A stretch of 64,000 bases of DNA from assembly GCA_963754925.1 (NCBI GenBank), contig CAVWHX010000001.1:160001-224000 (forward strand), written 5' to 3'. Each line of letters begins with the position of its first letter. Within the stretch, counting starts at the first letter, position 1. This document shows positions 29,935 to 41,174 of the stretch, piece by piece. Under the pieces are notes generated by a model that saw only the letters and a program-made list of their open reading frames with translations, was not told the origin of the DNA and did not search any database. The position numbers and the translations under genes were made by a program. Source of the DNA: an uncultured delta proteobacterium. Its GTDB lineage: Bacteria > Myxococcota > B64-G9.

Positions 29935-32019
29935 ATGAAGAAGTACGATGCGGCAGACATTCGAAACATTGCGTTGGTTGGCCATAAAGGCGCCGGCAAG
30001 ACGTCGTTGGCCGAGGCGTGCATCTTCAACGCCAAAGCCGTCACCCGCTTGGGAAGCGTTGACGCCAAAACGTCGACCTTTGACTACGAGCAGGAGGAGA
30101 TGGACCGGGCCATGACCATCATGACCACGGTCGGCTCGATCGAATGGAAAAAGCGCAAGATCAATATCTTGGATACGCCCGGCGACGGCAACTTTATCTA
30201 CGATACCCGCCTCTCCATGACCGCCGCGGACGCCGCGCTGGTCGTGATCAGCGCCCCGGACGGGATCGGCGTGCAAACCGAACGGGTGTGGCAGCGGGCG
30301 AAAGATTTGGACATACCGCGTGTGATCGTCATCAACAAAATGGACCGCGAACGCGCCGATCCCGATAAGACGCTGGCGGCGGTAAAGGCGATGCTCTCGG
30401 CGGACGCTATCCCGATTCAACTGCCCATCGGCAAAGAAGCTCAATTCGAGGGCGTGGTCGATATTTTGTCCGGCAAAGCGTTTTTCTACCAGAAGGACGG
30501 CTCCGGAAACGTCAAAACCGGGGAGGTGCCGGCCAATTTGAAGGATGCTTTGGCCAAGGCCAAATCCGCGCTCTCGGAAAAGATCGCCGAGAGCGACGAG
30601 GCGCTGGTCGAGAAATACCTCGAATCCGGCCTCTCGGACGAGGAGCTGGCCGCCGGTTTTTCTAAGGCGGTGAAACAGGGCGCACTGTTTCCGGTCATGT
30701 ACGTAAGCGCCAGTCATAATATGGGCGTTTCCGCTGTGCTTGATTTTCTTTCGGACCGACTTCCGGCCCCGACGGAATTGCCGCCGGTCAAAGGTAAAAC
30801 CCCCGACGGCGCGGAGGTCGAACGGGCGCGCACGCCGGCCGAGGCGTTTTCTGCGGTGGTGTTTAAAACAATCGACGCGCAGGGCGGAACCCTGTCTATT
30901 TTTAGGATTCTCTCCGGTAGTCTCAACGGCGATAGTGTGATCTACAATTCCGTCACCGAAACAGACGAGCGCGTCGGCACCCTGCTCAGCCTTTTGGGCA
31001 AAAAGCAGGAGGCGTTGAACGCGGCCGAGGCGGGCGATATCGTCGGCGTCCTCAAGTTCAAAAACACAGCGACCGGACACACCCTGTGCGACAAGAAAGC
31101 CATAGTGGTTGTTCCCTTGTTGCCGGTGCCGCCGCCCGCCATTTCCCTTGCCGTCAAAGCCAAGAGCAAGGCCGACGAGGACAAGCTCGGTTCTTCGCTC
31201 GCCAGAATGCTGTCCGAGGACCCCAGCTTGCGTGTCAGCCGGGATGAAGACACCAAGGATTTTCTATTGTCAGGAATGGGCGCGGCGCACCTCGACCTTG
31301 CGGTCAATCGCATGAAACGACGGTTTGGGGTGCAAGTGACCCTCGAGCTGCCGAAGGTGCCCTACCGCGAGACCATCACCAAGAAAGCCCAGGCGCAAGG
31401 TCGCCACAAACGCCAGACTGGCGGGCGCGGGCAGTTCGGCGACTGCTGGCTGGAGCTCTCCCCGCTGCCGCGGGGGGGCGGTTTTGAGTTTGAAAATCGC
31501 ATCAAGGGCGGCTCCATTCCCGGCCAATTTATTCCGGCGGTTGAGAAAGGCGTCATCGAAACCATGCAGCGGGGCGTTCTGGCCGGTTTCAAGTTTGTCG
31601 ATGTTAAGGTCTCGGTCTACGATGGTTCGTATCACGAGGTCGATTCATCGGAAATGGCGTTCAAGCGCGCCGCCAGTATCGGCTTCAAGGCGGCTACCAC
31701 CAAGGCCAATCCGATCCTGCTCGAGCCGATCTACAACATGGAAATAGTGGTTCCCGAGGACAAAATGGGCGACATTATCGGCGACATGAACAGCCGCCGC
31801 GGTCGAGTATCGGGCATGGAAACGCACGGGCGCATGAGCGCGATCAAGGTTCAGGTTCCGCTGGCCGAGATCCTGTCGTACTCATCGGATCTTGATTCCC
31901 GCACCGGCGGACGAGGCAGCTTCACCATGGAGTTCTCCCATTATCAGGAGCTGCCGGCGCACCTGGCCGAAAAGGTAATCGCCGCTCATAAACCGAGCGT
32001 GGAAGAGGAAGAAGATTAG
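29935..32019 (+). CDS. fusA: Elongation factor G-like protein (EF-G2 type)
   Basis: IRNIALVGHKGAGKT, DTPG, INKMDR, PKVPYRETI, HKRQTGGRGQFG, DGSYHEVDSSEMAF, GDMNSRRG. Not in a str operon. Confidence 0.9.
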   Translation: MKKYDAADIRNIALVGHKGAGKTSLAEACIFNAKAVTRLGSVDAKTSTFDYEQEEMDRAMTIMTTVGSIEWKKRKINILDTPGDGNFIYDTRLSMTAADAALVVISAPDGIGVQTERVWQRAKDLDIPRVIVINKMDRERADPDKTLAAVKAMLSADAIPIQLPIGKEAQFEGVVDILSGKAFFYQKDGSGNVKTGEVPANLKDALAKAKSALSEKIAESDEALVEKYLESGLSDEELAAGFSKAVKQGALFPVMYVSASHNMGVSAVLDFLSDRLPAPTELPPVKGKTPDGAEVERARTPAEAFSAVVFKTIDAQGGTLSIFRILSGSLNGDSVIYNSVTETDERVGTLLSLLGKKQEALNAAEAGDIVGVLKFKNTATGHTLCDKKAIVVVPLLPVPPPAISLAVKAKSKADEDKLGSSLARMLSEDPSLRVSRDEDTKDFLLSGMGAAHLDLAVNRMKRRFGVQVTLELPKVPYRETITKKAQAQGRHKRQTGGRGQFGDCWLELSPLPRGGGFEFENRIKGGSIPGQFIPAVEKGVIETMQRGVLAGFKFVDVKVSVYDGSYHEVDSSEMAFKRAASIGFKAATTKANPILLEPIYNMEIVVPEDKMGDIIGDMNSRRGRVSGMETHGRMSAIKVQVPLAEILSYSSDLDSRTGGRGSFTMEFSHYQELPAHLAEKVIAAHKPSVEEEED

Positions 32020-32075
32020 AGGCTGTTAGCTCGCGCAGCGAGCTTACAGCCTCTTATCCCCGAAGGGGGCTAGAG
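32017..32075 (+). repeat. TAGAG hairpin element, 54-bp unit starting at the fusA TAG stop
   Basis: tagaggctgttagctcgcgcagcgagcttacagcctcttatccccgaagggggctagag. Confidence 0.9.
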
Positions 32076-32087
32076 AAGGTTATCATC

Positions 32088-33189
32088 GTGGCTTCCTGTC
32101 CCGTTCCTATAGCTGCTGTCACCGAACCCCTGAGAAAGCACGTTGATCCCGCATCGCCCGCGCCGCTGCGGCTCATGGCGGCTAAAGGGGTGGTCCCGAT
32201 GCAGCCGCGGGACATGGTTACGGTGCTGACCTGCCTCTGTTTCGACGATGACGAGAAGGTCAAAAGCTCTGCAATCGAGAACATTTCCAAGTTGCCAGAA
32301 CGTATCGTAACCGGCGCGATCCAGGATGAATTACACCCGATGGTGTTGGATTATCTGGCTCAAGTGTACGTTGAAAATCCATTCCATATTGAGAAAATCT
32401 TAATTAACCACAACACCCCTGATGAGACCTATGAACGCCTCGCAGAGTCTGTCAGGGGCACCTTACTTGATATTATCGCAAACAACCAGGTCAGGATTCT
32501 TCGCCACCCGCCGATTGCCAAGGCTCTCCTTAAAGAATCCGACGACGCTTAAATCCACCATCGATATGATGATGGACTTTGCGGTCCGCACGGGGATGGA
32601 CTTTAGCGCGGTGCCGGCTTTTGAGGAGGCAAAAAAGCGGGTCCTGGCTGCGCCGCCCGATCCCAAGGAAGAGGAGCGCATTCAGCAGGTGGTGATCGCA
32701 TCGCTGCCGGAGGAGATGCTCAAAGAAGAGGATGGAAGTGCACCCGCCAACGCCGAAGAGAGCGAGGCAAAAAAAGCGCACATGTTGTCCCGTCTGCATA
32801 CGATGACGGTGGCGCAGAAAATCGCCCTGGCCCAAAAAGGCAATCAGGTCGTTCGTCTGACTCTCATTCGTGATGCCAATCGGTCGGTGGCGGTGGCGGC
32901 CATCAAAAACCCGGGGATGGGTGAATCGGAGGTCGCTGCGGTCGTCACCAGCCGGGCAATTTGCGACGAGGTTCTTCGCATTATCTGCAACAACCGCGAG
33001 TGGACTAAAAGCTACCAGGTCAAGCTGGCGTTGGCGAACAACCCAAAGACTCCTCTGGCCTTCTCAATGCGGGTGATGCAATCTCTTCACATCGGAGACC
33101 TCAAGGCGCTTGCCTCAAATAAAAACATTCCCAGCGCTCTTACCCAGGCGGCAAAAAAACTGGTTCAGTTACGAGCCGGCGGGCGATAA
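32088..33189 (+). CDS. Conserved hypothetical helical-repeat protein (frameshift ~32540)
   Basis: ORFs 32088..32552 and 32422..33189 overlap at ...LLK/NPTT. Motifs LMAAKG, QKIALAQKGN, LIRDAN and LANNPKTP are typical of a deltaproteobacterial family. Confidence 0.7.
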
Positions 33190-33195
33190 CTGCGC

Positions 33196-33839
33196 ATGGA
33201 CGTCCAACGATTCAAGGCTAATCCGTTAATGGCTATTGCGCGGGACGTTACGGCCGGTCAGCTTGCGCCTTTGGTGGAGGCTCTGGTTGCGGCTGGCTGG
33301 GAGACTCTGGAAATTGCGATGAATACGGATGGGGCACCAGAGCTCATTAAAGCGGCGCTTCAGCTTTCACGCGGGCGTTTGATGATTGGCGCAGGCACCG
33401 TCCTGACGCCGCATCAGTTGCAAACGGCTCAAGCTGCGGGGGCGACTTTTGTCGTCATGCCCGTGCTCGTGCACGACGTCGTCCGCGCGTGCGTGCACGA
33501 TCGGATACCGGTTTTTCCCGGCGCTTTGACACCGCAAGAGGTTTGGAACGCCTGGCAGGCAGGCGCAACGATGGTCAAAATTTTTCCGGCTAGCGTGGTT
33601 GGGCCGAAGTACTTTAAAGAGCTTCGCGGCCCCTTTGACGAGGTTGAACTCATGGCGTGCGCGGCGTGACGGCGAAAAACGTCACGGCATACCTGAATAA
33701 CGGAGCTTGCGCAGTTGCCGTCGGCTCTGGGGTATTTCGAAAAGAATGGCTGGCTAAGAAAAATTATCGACAGATTACCCGAACACTGAGAGCGTATCGA
33801 ACGGCATTGGGTTCCAGCCGCTTTCGCGGGAATGACTGA
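33196..33839 (+). CDS. eda: KDPG/KHG aldolase (frameshift ~33660)
   Basis: LEIAM, IGAGTV, PGALTPQE, VKIFPA, LRGP. The GVTAKN...AVAVGS tail lies in the next frame. Confidence 0.85.
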
Positions 33840-33915
33840 TAATTAAAAAAACATTATTTTTCAGGGGCGACCAGGTTATATCACGTCTTTGTAATGATGA
33901 CGGGTTTTGCTGAGG

Positions 33916-35979
33916 TTAGTTGTCTGGACTAGGTTGGTCGCCGGGGGCGGGGGGTTGTTCTTGGGCGTCTTCGCCAATTTGATTGGCGAGGAGGCTTTGG
34001 GCGATTTCAACCGCCTTTCGGGCTTTTTCTTTGATCTTCTCGTCGGATTTGATTTTCTGGTATGCCTTAACCACCCGATCCTCGTAGGAGGCGATCTCTT
34101 TCTTGAGATTGAGGACCTGCGTTTCGAGATCTTCAATGGTTTGCCGGTGCTCCTCGAGATCCTGCACCAACCCGGGCACCCGGATTGCCTCTTGACGGGT
34201 AATCTCGTGGGCGTTGAACTCTTCGTTGTATTTTTTCTGAAAGTCTTCAAGCTGGCTACGGATGCTATTCATCTCTGTTTGAAGTTTATCGAATTCGTTT
34301 TTGTAACGGGTCCTCAGGCCAAAGACTTCATCGCTGTGTCTCGTCTTCAGATCATCCATTTCGCTCTTGAGTTGTTTAATCTGACTCTCGCCCTTGGCGA
34401 TTTTCTGATTCAGTTCTTCGGCCCTTGCGGCGCTTTCTTCACGTTGCACTTGCATAGTGTGCTCGAGCTCGGCTGTTTCCTGTGTGTAGCGCTCCTCCCA
34501 ATCGGCCATCGCCTTGCGGTGTTGCTGCTCGAGTTCGTTCTTTTGTCTGAGAAGGGTGTCGAATTGGGCGGAATGTTCCTTGATCTCCCGATCGCGGTTG
34601 GCGACCATTTCTTGCAGACTGGCGATTTCTTTCCCGCGTTCGCCAATTTGCATCTGGATGTCAAGAATTTCTTGGTCCTTGCGATTCATCCCTTCCTTGA
34701 GGTCGAGGACTTCACGTTCTCGGGTGTTTATCTCCGATTTGAGGCCAAGAAATTCTTTGTCACTGGTGGTGCTCTTTGAGCGCAAGCTGCCGAGCTCGGT
34801 TTCGCGTTTTTCAAATGTCTCGTGCATTTCTTCAATGCGAGCCTCGAGCTTGGTGACCTTTTCGCGAAACAGGTTGGCTTCTTCTTCGGTGTTTTTCAGC
34901 TTGGTGGTAAGCACCGAATCAGGTGTTTTACGCGCCTCTTCTGAACTGGTCTCGAGATGCGCTATTCTCTCGCGCAGCGCGCGGTTCTCGTCTGTAATAC
35001 TTTTTAGTTTCGAGGCTATCGACGGATCGACCGTCTGCGTAGGCTGCGTCTCGATACTCGCCGGCGCGATAGGCTGCGGGACAGGTTGACTGGCTGGAGG
35101 CGGTTCGAGATCCTCGAGGGCCTCCTGATCCGAACGGGCGGGCTCGACACCAGAGCTTTTTAGCTCTTCGGACTTGTTCTCATCAAGCACTTCAAAATTG
35201 AGCCCATCGATGTCGAGATCGCTCTCATCGGCCGGCGGGCTTGGCGGAAGTTCTTGCTCATCGCTGCGAATCGAATTCAGCACATTCTCGAGACCCTCGA
35301 TGGCATCATTGTCTTCAGTAGCAGCCGCCGATGTTTTTTGTTTGACGTTTTCGTCGGTTATCTCCAGATCCTCAAGGACCTCATTGAGTTGGTTTTCATC
35401 GCCCTCTTGCTGACTGACGGAATCCTGAGCGGTTAGTTCGACATCTTTTAGTTCGCTCGGTTCTTCCATGCTCAGCATTTCCTCCTCAGGGCTCGAAACT
35501 TCGGCCTCTTCGAAGGCGATAGATTCCTCATCTTCAATGGAAATGGCTTCACTCTCGTCAAGGAGCGTGAATTCGTCATCACTCCCTTCAGCGGTTTTTT
35601 TTGCCAGCGGGAGAAGTGGTTCAATTTTTTCCATCAGCTGTTCGGCATCAAACGGCTTGATAATATAATCATTGGCCCGAGTTTTTAGCTTCTTGTGCTG
35701 CTCGAACGTTTCTTCATTAGCCTCGGACGACATGATGATGAGGGGAATGGACTTTAGGTCGTCGTCTTTTTTTAGCTTTTTACATACCGAGTAACCGCTC
35801 ATGCGGGGGAGCTCAACGCACAAGAGAATGAGGTCAGGTTTTTGGTTCCTGGCCTGCTCGAGTCCTTCTTTACCGTCGGGGATGATGCTCACTTCCGCAT
35901 CGTATTCCGAAAACATAGAAACGAGGGACTTGGCGAAATCATCCTCGCTCTCAATTATCAAAATACGTCTACTCGCCAT
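33916..35979 (-). CDS. frzS: FrzS-like protein: pseudo-receiver, acidic linker and long coiled coil
   Basis: ILIIESE, DLILLCVELP (no phospho-Asp), KLKKDDDLK and QHKKLK..ANDYIIKP resemble the M. xanthus FrzS receiver. C-terminal coiled coil ends YQKIKSDEKIKEKARKA. Confidence 0.7.
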   Translation of the reverse strand: MASRRILIIESEDDFAKSLVSMFSEYDAEVSIIPDGKEGLEQARNQKPDLILLCVELPRMSGYSVCKKLKKDDDLKSIPLIIMSSEANEETFEQHKKLKTRANDYIIKPFDAEQLMEKIEPLLPLAKKTAEGSDDEFTLLDESEAISIEDEESIAFEEAEVSSPEEEMLSMEEPSELKDVELTAQDSVSQQEGDENQLNEVLEDLEITDENVKQKTSAAATEDNDAIEGLENVLNSIRSDEQELPPSPPADESDLDIDGLNFEVLDENKSEELKSSGVEPARSDQEALEDLEPPPASQPVPQPIAPASIETQPTQTVDPSIASKLKSITDENRALRERIAHLETSSEEARKTPDSVLTTKLKNTEEEANLFREKVTKLEARIEEMHETFEKRETELGSLRSKSTTSDKEFLGLKSEINTREREVLDLKEGMNRKDQEILDIQMQIGERGKEIASLQEMVANRDREIKEHSAQFDTLLRQKNELEQQHRKAMADWEERYTQETAELEHTMQVQREESAARAEELNQKIAKGESQIKQLKSEMDDLKTRHSDEVFGLRTRYKNEFDKLQTEMNSIRSQLEDFQKKYNEEFNAHEITRQEAIRVPGLVQDLEEHRQTIEDLETQVLNLKKEIASYEDRVVKAYQKIKSDEKIKEKARKAVEIAQSLLANQIGEDAQEQPPAPGDQPSPDN

Positions 35980-36086
35980 AAGTTACAATCCTTGGACAAA
36001 TGAAAGTAAATTGTCCCGAACGCTTCCACTATTACCATATTAATTTAATCCATCCGGTGGGATGATGTCAATAAACTGGCCGTAAT

Positions 36087-36181
36087 TAGAGACCGTTGCC
36101 GAACGGAGTGAGGCTTACGGTCTCTTATCCTCGTCAGGGGGTTAGAGACCGTTGCCGAACGGAGTGAGGCTTACGGTCTCT
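36087..36181 (+). repeat. Two tandem TAGAG hairpin elements (56-bp period)
   Basis: tagagaccgttgccgaacggagtgaggcttacggtctct occurs at 36087 and 36143. The second copy supplies the stop codon of the anti-sigma gene. Confidence 0.9.
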
Positions 36182-36941
36182 CATGTTCTAGCATTGCTTC
36201 GAGAACAGAAAGCATTTCGGTTGGTGGAGACTCTCCGACCATGGAATAGGCGAGCCCGTGAGATCTCCAGATCGCCACGGTGTAACCACTTTTTTCGGAT
36301 AGGCAGAAATTATTCGATCGGATTTTTTGGCACATTTTACCGTCTATGTCTCCTCCCGGATCGGCGAAGACAAATAGACTGAAATCGTGCAATCCACTGC
36401 GATAGCGCACCAGGGCGGCCTGGCGATCGACAAGATTGCTGATGCGTCCGCCCACTAAGAGGAACTGACTGGGGGTAGAATGCGGAAGGGCGACGTGGAA
36501 CCGCACCTTAGATTTGAACCACGATTCAACCACGTCGGTATCAGAGCTGTTTACTTCCACCGGTTGATCGTTGGAATGCCTTTCGATAGCTGCTTCTACC
36601 AATGGGGAAAAGCCGCTGGTCACCGTCCAGGTAAAAGAAAGTACCAGCGCCACAGCGGCCACCGCTGGTACCGATCCCCAAGCCAAGCGTTTTGGCCAAG
36701 TCCAAGTTGTGCAATATTTATCTGTTGTTATAACGATTCTATCTTGTAATTCTTCAGGTATTTGCAATTTAGGAATTCGAGCTCGAACAGCTTCGCGAAA
36801 ACGTCGTTCATAGGTGGCGTGGGACTGGCAGGCAAGACAATTGGTCAGATGCGCCTCAACCTCGTGACGGTCTTCATCATCGAACTCGCCATCAAGGTAA
36901 ACTTCAAGATATTTTCGTATTTCTTGGCAATCTCTGAACAT
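36171..36941 (-). CDS. Zinc-binding (zf-HC2) transmembrane anti-sigma factor
   Basis: CQE...YLDGE...HLTNCLAC (HxxxCxxC), one TM segment, periplasmic LVGGR...AALVRY...SLFV. Confidence 0.88.
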   Translation of the reverse strand: MFRDCQEIRKYLEVYLDGEFDDEDRHEVEAHLTNCLACQSHATYERRFREAVRARIPKLQIPEELQDRIVITTDKYCTTWTWPKRLAWGSVPAVAAVALVLSFTWTVTSGFSPLVEAAIERHSNDQPVEVNSSDTDVVESWFKSKVRFHVALPHSTPSQFLLVGGRISNLVDRQAALVRYRSGLHDFSLFVFADPGGDIDGKMCQKIRSNNFCLSEKSGYTVAIWRSHGLAYSMVGESPPTEMLSVLEAMLEHERP

Positions 36942-37581
36942 TTGTTAAGCTTCCTGACCTCCGTTCGCGGTAGGCTTGCAAGTTGGTCGGCCTTTTTTCG
37001 GCTTCATCTGTTCGTTTCACGTAACCCTCTGCCACAGCAAACTCGTATAACGAGCCCCGCAGCATTCTTCGTCCGCGATGCAGCCGGGACATGACCGTCC
37101 CTACCGGTATTCCCAGAATCTCGGCGATCTGTCCGTAACTAAAACCATTAATATCTGCGAGCAATACAACTAGTTTAAATTCCTGGGGCAAATCGTCAAA
37201 AGCTCTGACGACATCGTCAGAAAACAGCCGCTCGAAAAAATACTCCTCCGGTTTTGTGTGCGCAGCCATTTGTTCTTGAGGGATTATCCGCTCGGCTAGG
37301 TCTTCACTCTCACTTCCTTTTTGGATTTCTCTGCCTCGGCGTTCTCTTCGGTATTTGTTGATGAACAAATTGATCATCATTTTAAACAGCCAGGCTTTCA
37401 GGTTGGTTCCTGGATCGAACCGGTTTTGGAAACTGAGCGCCCGAACAAAAGTGTCATGAACCAAATCCTCTGCTTCCGCCTTCTGGCCGGTCATGCGTAA
37501 GGCAGTGCCGTACAAGGAATTAATATGTTCCATGACCGCGGTGGCAAACGCCGCCTTTTGCTTTTTCGAGCCGAATATCAT
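36904..37581 (-). CDS. ECF RNA polymerase sigma factor
   Basis: LYGTALRMT, AEDLVHDTF, GTNLKAWL, SYGQIAEILGIPVGTVMSRLHRGR. Confidence 0.93.
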   Translation of the reverse strand: MIFGSKKQKAAFATAVMEHINSLYGTALRMTGQKAEAEDLVHDTFVRALSFQNRFDPGTNLKAWLFKMMINLFINKYRRERRGREIQKGSESEDLAERIIPQEQMAAHTKPEEYFFERLFSDDVVRAFDDLPQEFKLVVLLADINGFSYGQIAEILGIPVGTVMSRLHRGRRMLRGSLYEFAVAEGYVKRTDEAEKRPTNLQAYRERRSGSLTNVQRLPRNTKIS

Positions 37582-37738
37582 AGTTTGAATATAATCATCT
37601 TTTTTTCATTGAATCTATATTAATCAACAATTTTTTCCCCGCAGTTATTCCCGGGATTCGGGACAATATTTTTTCCTCCCAGAATTAAAAAGATGGCGGT
37701 GGGACAAACAACCACCTGACCTTGGGTAAGGCGCTGCC

Positions 37739-39394
37739 TTATCGGTTGAACACGCCGCCCGCTGCCATGCCGGCGAGACAACCCGTCACGACGACCGCAC
37801 TAACGATACTCAAAAACCACCAGGATTCGTACCACCGTTCGTCCGTTTTGTTTTTATCATCCGCAGGTCTGGTTTTTTCAAGTTCTTGAGCCTTGAGGAC
37901 TACCGGCGCATGAACAGTGAGTTTGGCGAGCGTTCCATCGGTAGTCTTAGCTTTGGTTGGCGATGCCGGGTTTACCGGCTGAGGGGATCGTTGGGCGTTC
38001 GGGCCAGTCAGTTTGTTGACCGTTGCGGTCGGTGCGGTGGCGAGGTTGGTAACGGCCGGCTTGTCGACGGGAACCGCGGCGAGATGCGCCGTTGAATTAG
38101 TCAAGGTGGTCGTTGTAGCCAACCGAGGATTAGGTCGCGTCTCCGTATGAGCGGGGGAGTCTGAAGTTGGAATAAGCATGGTTGATTTAGATTCGGGCTT
38201 ACGTGTTTTGAGGGGTTGAACAACCGTTATTTTCTGAGAGCGAAGCGGTTCGCTGCATTTTGCAACCTGCCTCTCGATCGCCGTGACCAGATCATGAACT
38301 TCGCTGTTTGCGCCAACCACTTCAGAATTGAGTTGTATGGTTGGCAGGGCGCATACGTGTTTATCCACTATTCGTATCAGCAAGCTGCTTACGTTGTAAT
38401 TATCGCCAGTCTTCTGTATTGCGCCAACGACCATGAAGTTGGCTTTCAGACTTTTGCCATACGCCTGAATTTTGTTGAGCGTCGTCCGGGAAAGTACGTT
38501 AGCGCGAACCGCCGCGGAGATATCCGCAAGCGGGCCTGTCTCCCGTTCGACACCGCCAAGCAGCGCTCGGACCGTTTCGCGGCGGGAGGAAGCCACCGTT
38601 ACCTTTTCCTGCCCATGGCTGCAGCCCCTGTTTATGTACCCGCAGGTAGTAGTCGCCGGGGAGGAGATTTTTTAAAGTGACCGGGGCAACACCAGCCTTT
38701 CGGCCGTTGAGGTAGATCGTCGCGCCATCGGTATTGGCGAGTATTTCAAGCTCGCCGCGGGATGACACGGTCAATGTGCTACGAACTGAATACACCAAGG
38801 TACGAAACAGGGCCGGATACTGCTCGGGATCGAGATCCAAGGTTCGATTGAGCAAATTATCTTGGTTAGGTATGCGTTGGCTCGGTCTTCACGATCTTCT
38901 CGGAAATAACAGACTGCCAGCATCAACAAGGTTTGGGCAACAGGTTTAAAGTCTGAGATTAATGCCAACGAGCGTTCGTAGTTATCCAGGGCGGCTGAGA
39001 GCGACGAAACCGCCTCATCAAACCTGAGCTGACGATACTTTTCCTCACCATCCTGAAGCAGTTTGTTGGCTAGTTTGAGATCCTTGTCAGAAATAGAAGG
39101 TTGCCAAAAAACTTCTTTGGGGATGACCAGAGGGCCATTCTGAAGGATTATGTCCTTGCTTTGCTTGATTTTTTCGCGCACCAGTTCAGTGGTGTGGTTG
39201 ACCACTTCTGAAGGCGCCTGATTTATCAAAGCTTGGTAGGGAACAACGTATATCTTTGTGTTGGTTGAAGTTGCCGCGGCCGCCCGATCGACGATGATCG
39301 GCGTCGGCCAAGTTGTTACCATTCCCCCCAAGATAGCCACGAGCGCCGTTGCCGTGAAGCGAAACCAACACCCATCGATCATGGACCTGATCAA
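37739..39394 (-). CDS. Secreted TPR/PEGA-domain protein (two indels, ~38855 and ~38590)
   Basis: Three overlapping ORFs give a signal peptide, TPR helices, a PEGA domain (GELEILANTDGATIYLNG...PGDYYLRV) and a C-terminal WYESWWF-TM. Confidence 0.7.
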
Positions 39395-39741
39395 TGACTG
39401 GCACTCCTACTAGTGTAACAATTTCATATAATTATGCCACAATGAGCTTGTCTGCGAACTCTCCGTACTATAAGGTTACCGCGACCACAGTAAAATCAGC
39501 CGTTAGTAGCTGATTTTGCTGGATACAATAACGTAATAATATCCTGTCTCTATTGGAAAGTCAATGACCGAAACTACTTAGGTAGTGACCCAGGACGAAT
39601 ACCCATAAGCCTCAATATGCCTCAAACTGAGATACTCCCCGGTTAGCAAGTACCTTGACTTTTCGGTGCGGTGCTGATATCTCCCCTGCGCTCGCGTTAA
39701 CATGAGGTTCTTACCGCAAATTCATAATCGGAAGGTGACGC

Positions 39742-41040
39742 ATGGCGAACGTGGTGATTGTGGGCACCCAATGGGGAGATGAGGGCAAAGGAAAGATTGT
39801 CGATATTCTCGCCGAGTTCGCCGACTTAATCGTCCGATTCCAAGGGGGCAGCAACGCGGGGCATACGTTGGTCGTTGGCGGCGAAAAGCTGGTTACCCAC
39901 TTGGTTCCTTCCGGTATCATGCATCCGGGAAAACGTTGTGTCATCGGCGCGTCGGTGGTGGTCGATCCCGAGGTGCTGGTTTCTGAGCTCGACCTGCTGC
40001 AACAGCGGGGGGTGCTCCTCGATCCATCGAGCTTGGCCATCAGCGATCGAGCTCACGTGGTAATGCCCTACCATAAGATGCTCGACGCCGCTCGTGAGTC
40101 GGCCAAAGGAACGGGAAAAATTGGCACCACCCAACGCGGCATCGGCCCGTGTTTGGAAGATAAGATGTCGCGCACCGGGCTGCGGATGGCTGAGTTCGCC
40201 GATCCCCCGGTGGTCGCCCAAAAGCTCGCCGCTCGTCTGCCGGAGCTCAACGCGCTGCTTGCACACTATGGCCGCGATCCGGTTCAGGAGAAGGACATTC
40301 TCCCGAAGCTGAGCGCCCAAATGCTTCGATTGGCGCCTTTTATCACCGACGTGGGCATACTGATCCGCCAAGAAATGGATCGTTCGCGCAACGTGTTGTT
40401 CGAGGGTGCGCAGGGCACCTTGCTTGATATCGATCATGGCACCTATCCGTTCGTCACCTCATCCAATACCGTGGCCGGCAGCGCCTGTGTTGGACTCGGA
40501 TTCGGACCAAATCGAATTGACGGCGTCGTCGGCGTGTTCAAGGCTTATACCACCCGTGTCGGCGAAGGGCCCTTTCCGACCGAACTTAAAGACGAGCGCG
40601 GTCGTCAGCTTCAACAAAAAGGCGCAGAGTTTGGCGCCACCACCGGTCGCGCGCGTCGCTGCGGTTGGTTAGACCTCGCCGCGATACGCCACGCCGTGGC
40701 GCTCAACGGTTGTACCTCCCTGTGCCTCACCAAGCTCGATGTGCTGGGCGGCATTGGCCCGATTCGCGTGGCGGTCGGCTATAGACTCGAGGGGCGCGAA
40801 ATCTCAACCTTTCCCAGCGATATTCGATTGGTCGGTCGTCTCGAACCAATCTATGAAGAGTGCGAAGGCTGGGAGGAAGACGTCAACGGCGTGCGCGAAA
40901 AAGAAGCATTGCCCCAGTCGACCAGCAGGTTTTTGGCCAGGATAGAGGCACTCGTTCAGTTGCCGATCGATATGATTTCTGTAGGGCCAGAGCGGGCCGA
41001 GACTATTATCGTACGCAATCCCTTTAGGCGAAGAAGTTAA
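39742..41040 (+). CDS. purA: Adenylosuccinate synthetase
   Basis: GTQWGDEGKGK, GGSNAGHT, IGTTQRGIGP, EGAQG, GTYPFVTSS, GATTGRARRCGW, TKLDVL. Confidence 0.97.
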   Translation: MANVVIVGTQWGDEGKGKIVDILAEFADLIVRFQGGSNAGHTLVVGGEKLVTHLVPSGIMHPGKRCVIGASVVVDPEVLVSELDLLQQRGVLLDPSSLAISDRAHVVMPYHKMLDAARESAKGTGKIGTTQRGIGPCLEDKMSRTGLRMAEFADPPVVAQKLAARLPELNALLAHYGRDPVQEKDILPKLSAQMLRLAPFITDVGILIRQEMDRSRNVLFEGAQGTLLDIDHGTYPFVTSSNTVAGSACVGLGFGPNRIDGVVGVFKAYTTRVGEGPFPTELKDERGRQLQQKGAEFGATTGRARRCGWLDLAAIRHAVALNGCTSLCLTKLDVLGGIGPIRVAVGYRLEGREISTFPSDIRLVGRLEPIYEECEGWEEDVNGVREKEALPQSTSRFLARIEALVQLPIDMISVGPERAETIIVRNPFRRRS

Positions 41041-41174
41041 CTAACTCTTAAATTTGATATTTGCCGAAGGTTTTGGCAATATCTTAAGAGATTCTCGCAC
41101 GCAACGTGTCCCGTGAGGGGCGAGAGGGGTTGTCGGCATTGGGGTCTTATTTTTTTTCCCGAAAGGAAAAGATA

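Noticed and set aside
33907..34779. 290-aa hydrophobic ORF on the + strand
   Set aside because: Antisense shadow of the FrzS-like coiled coil.
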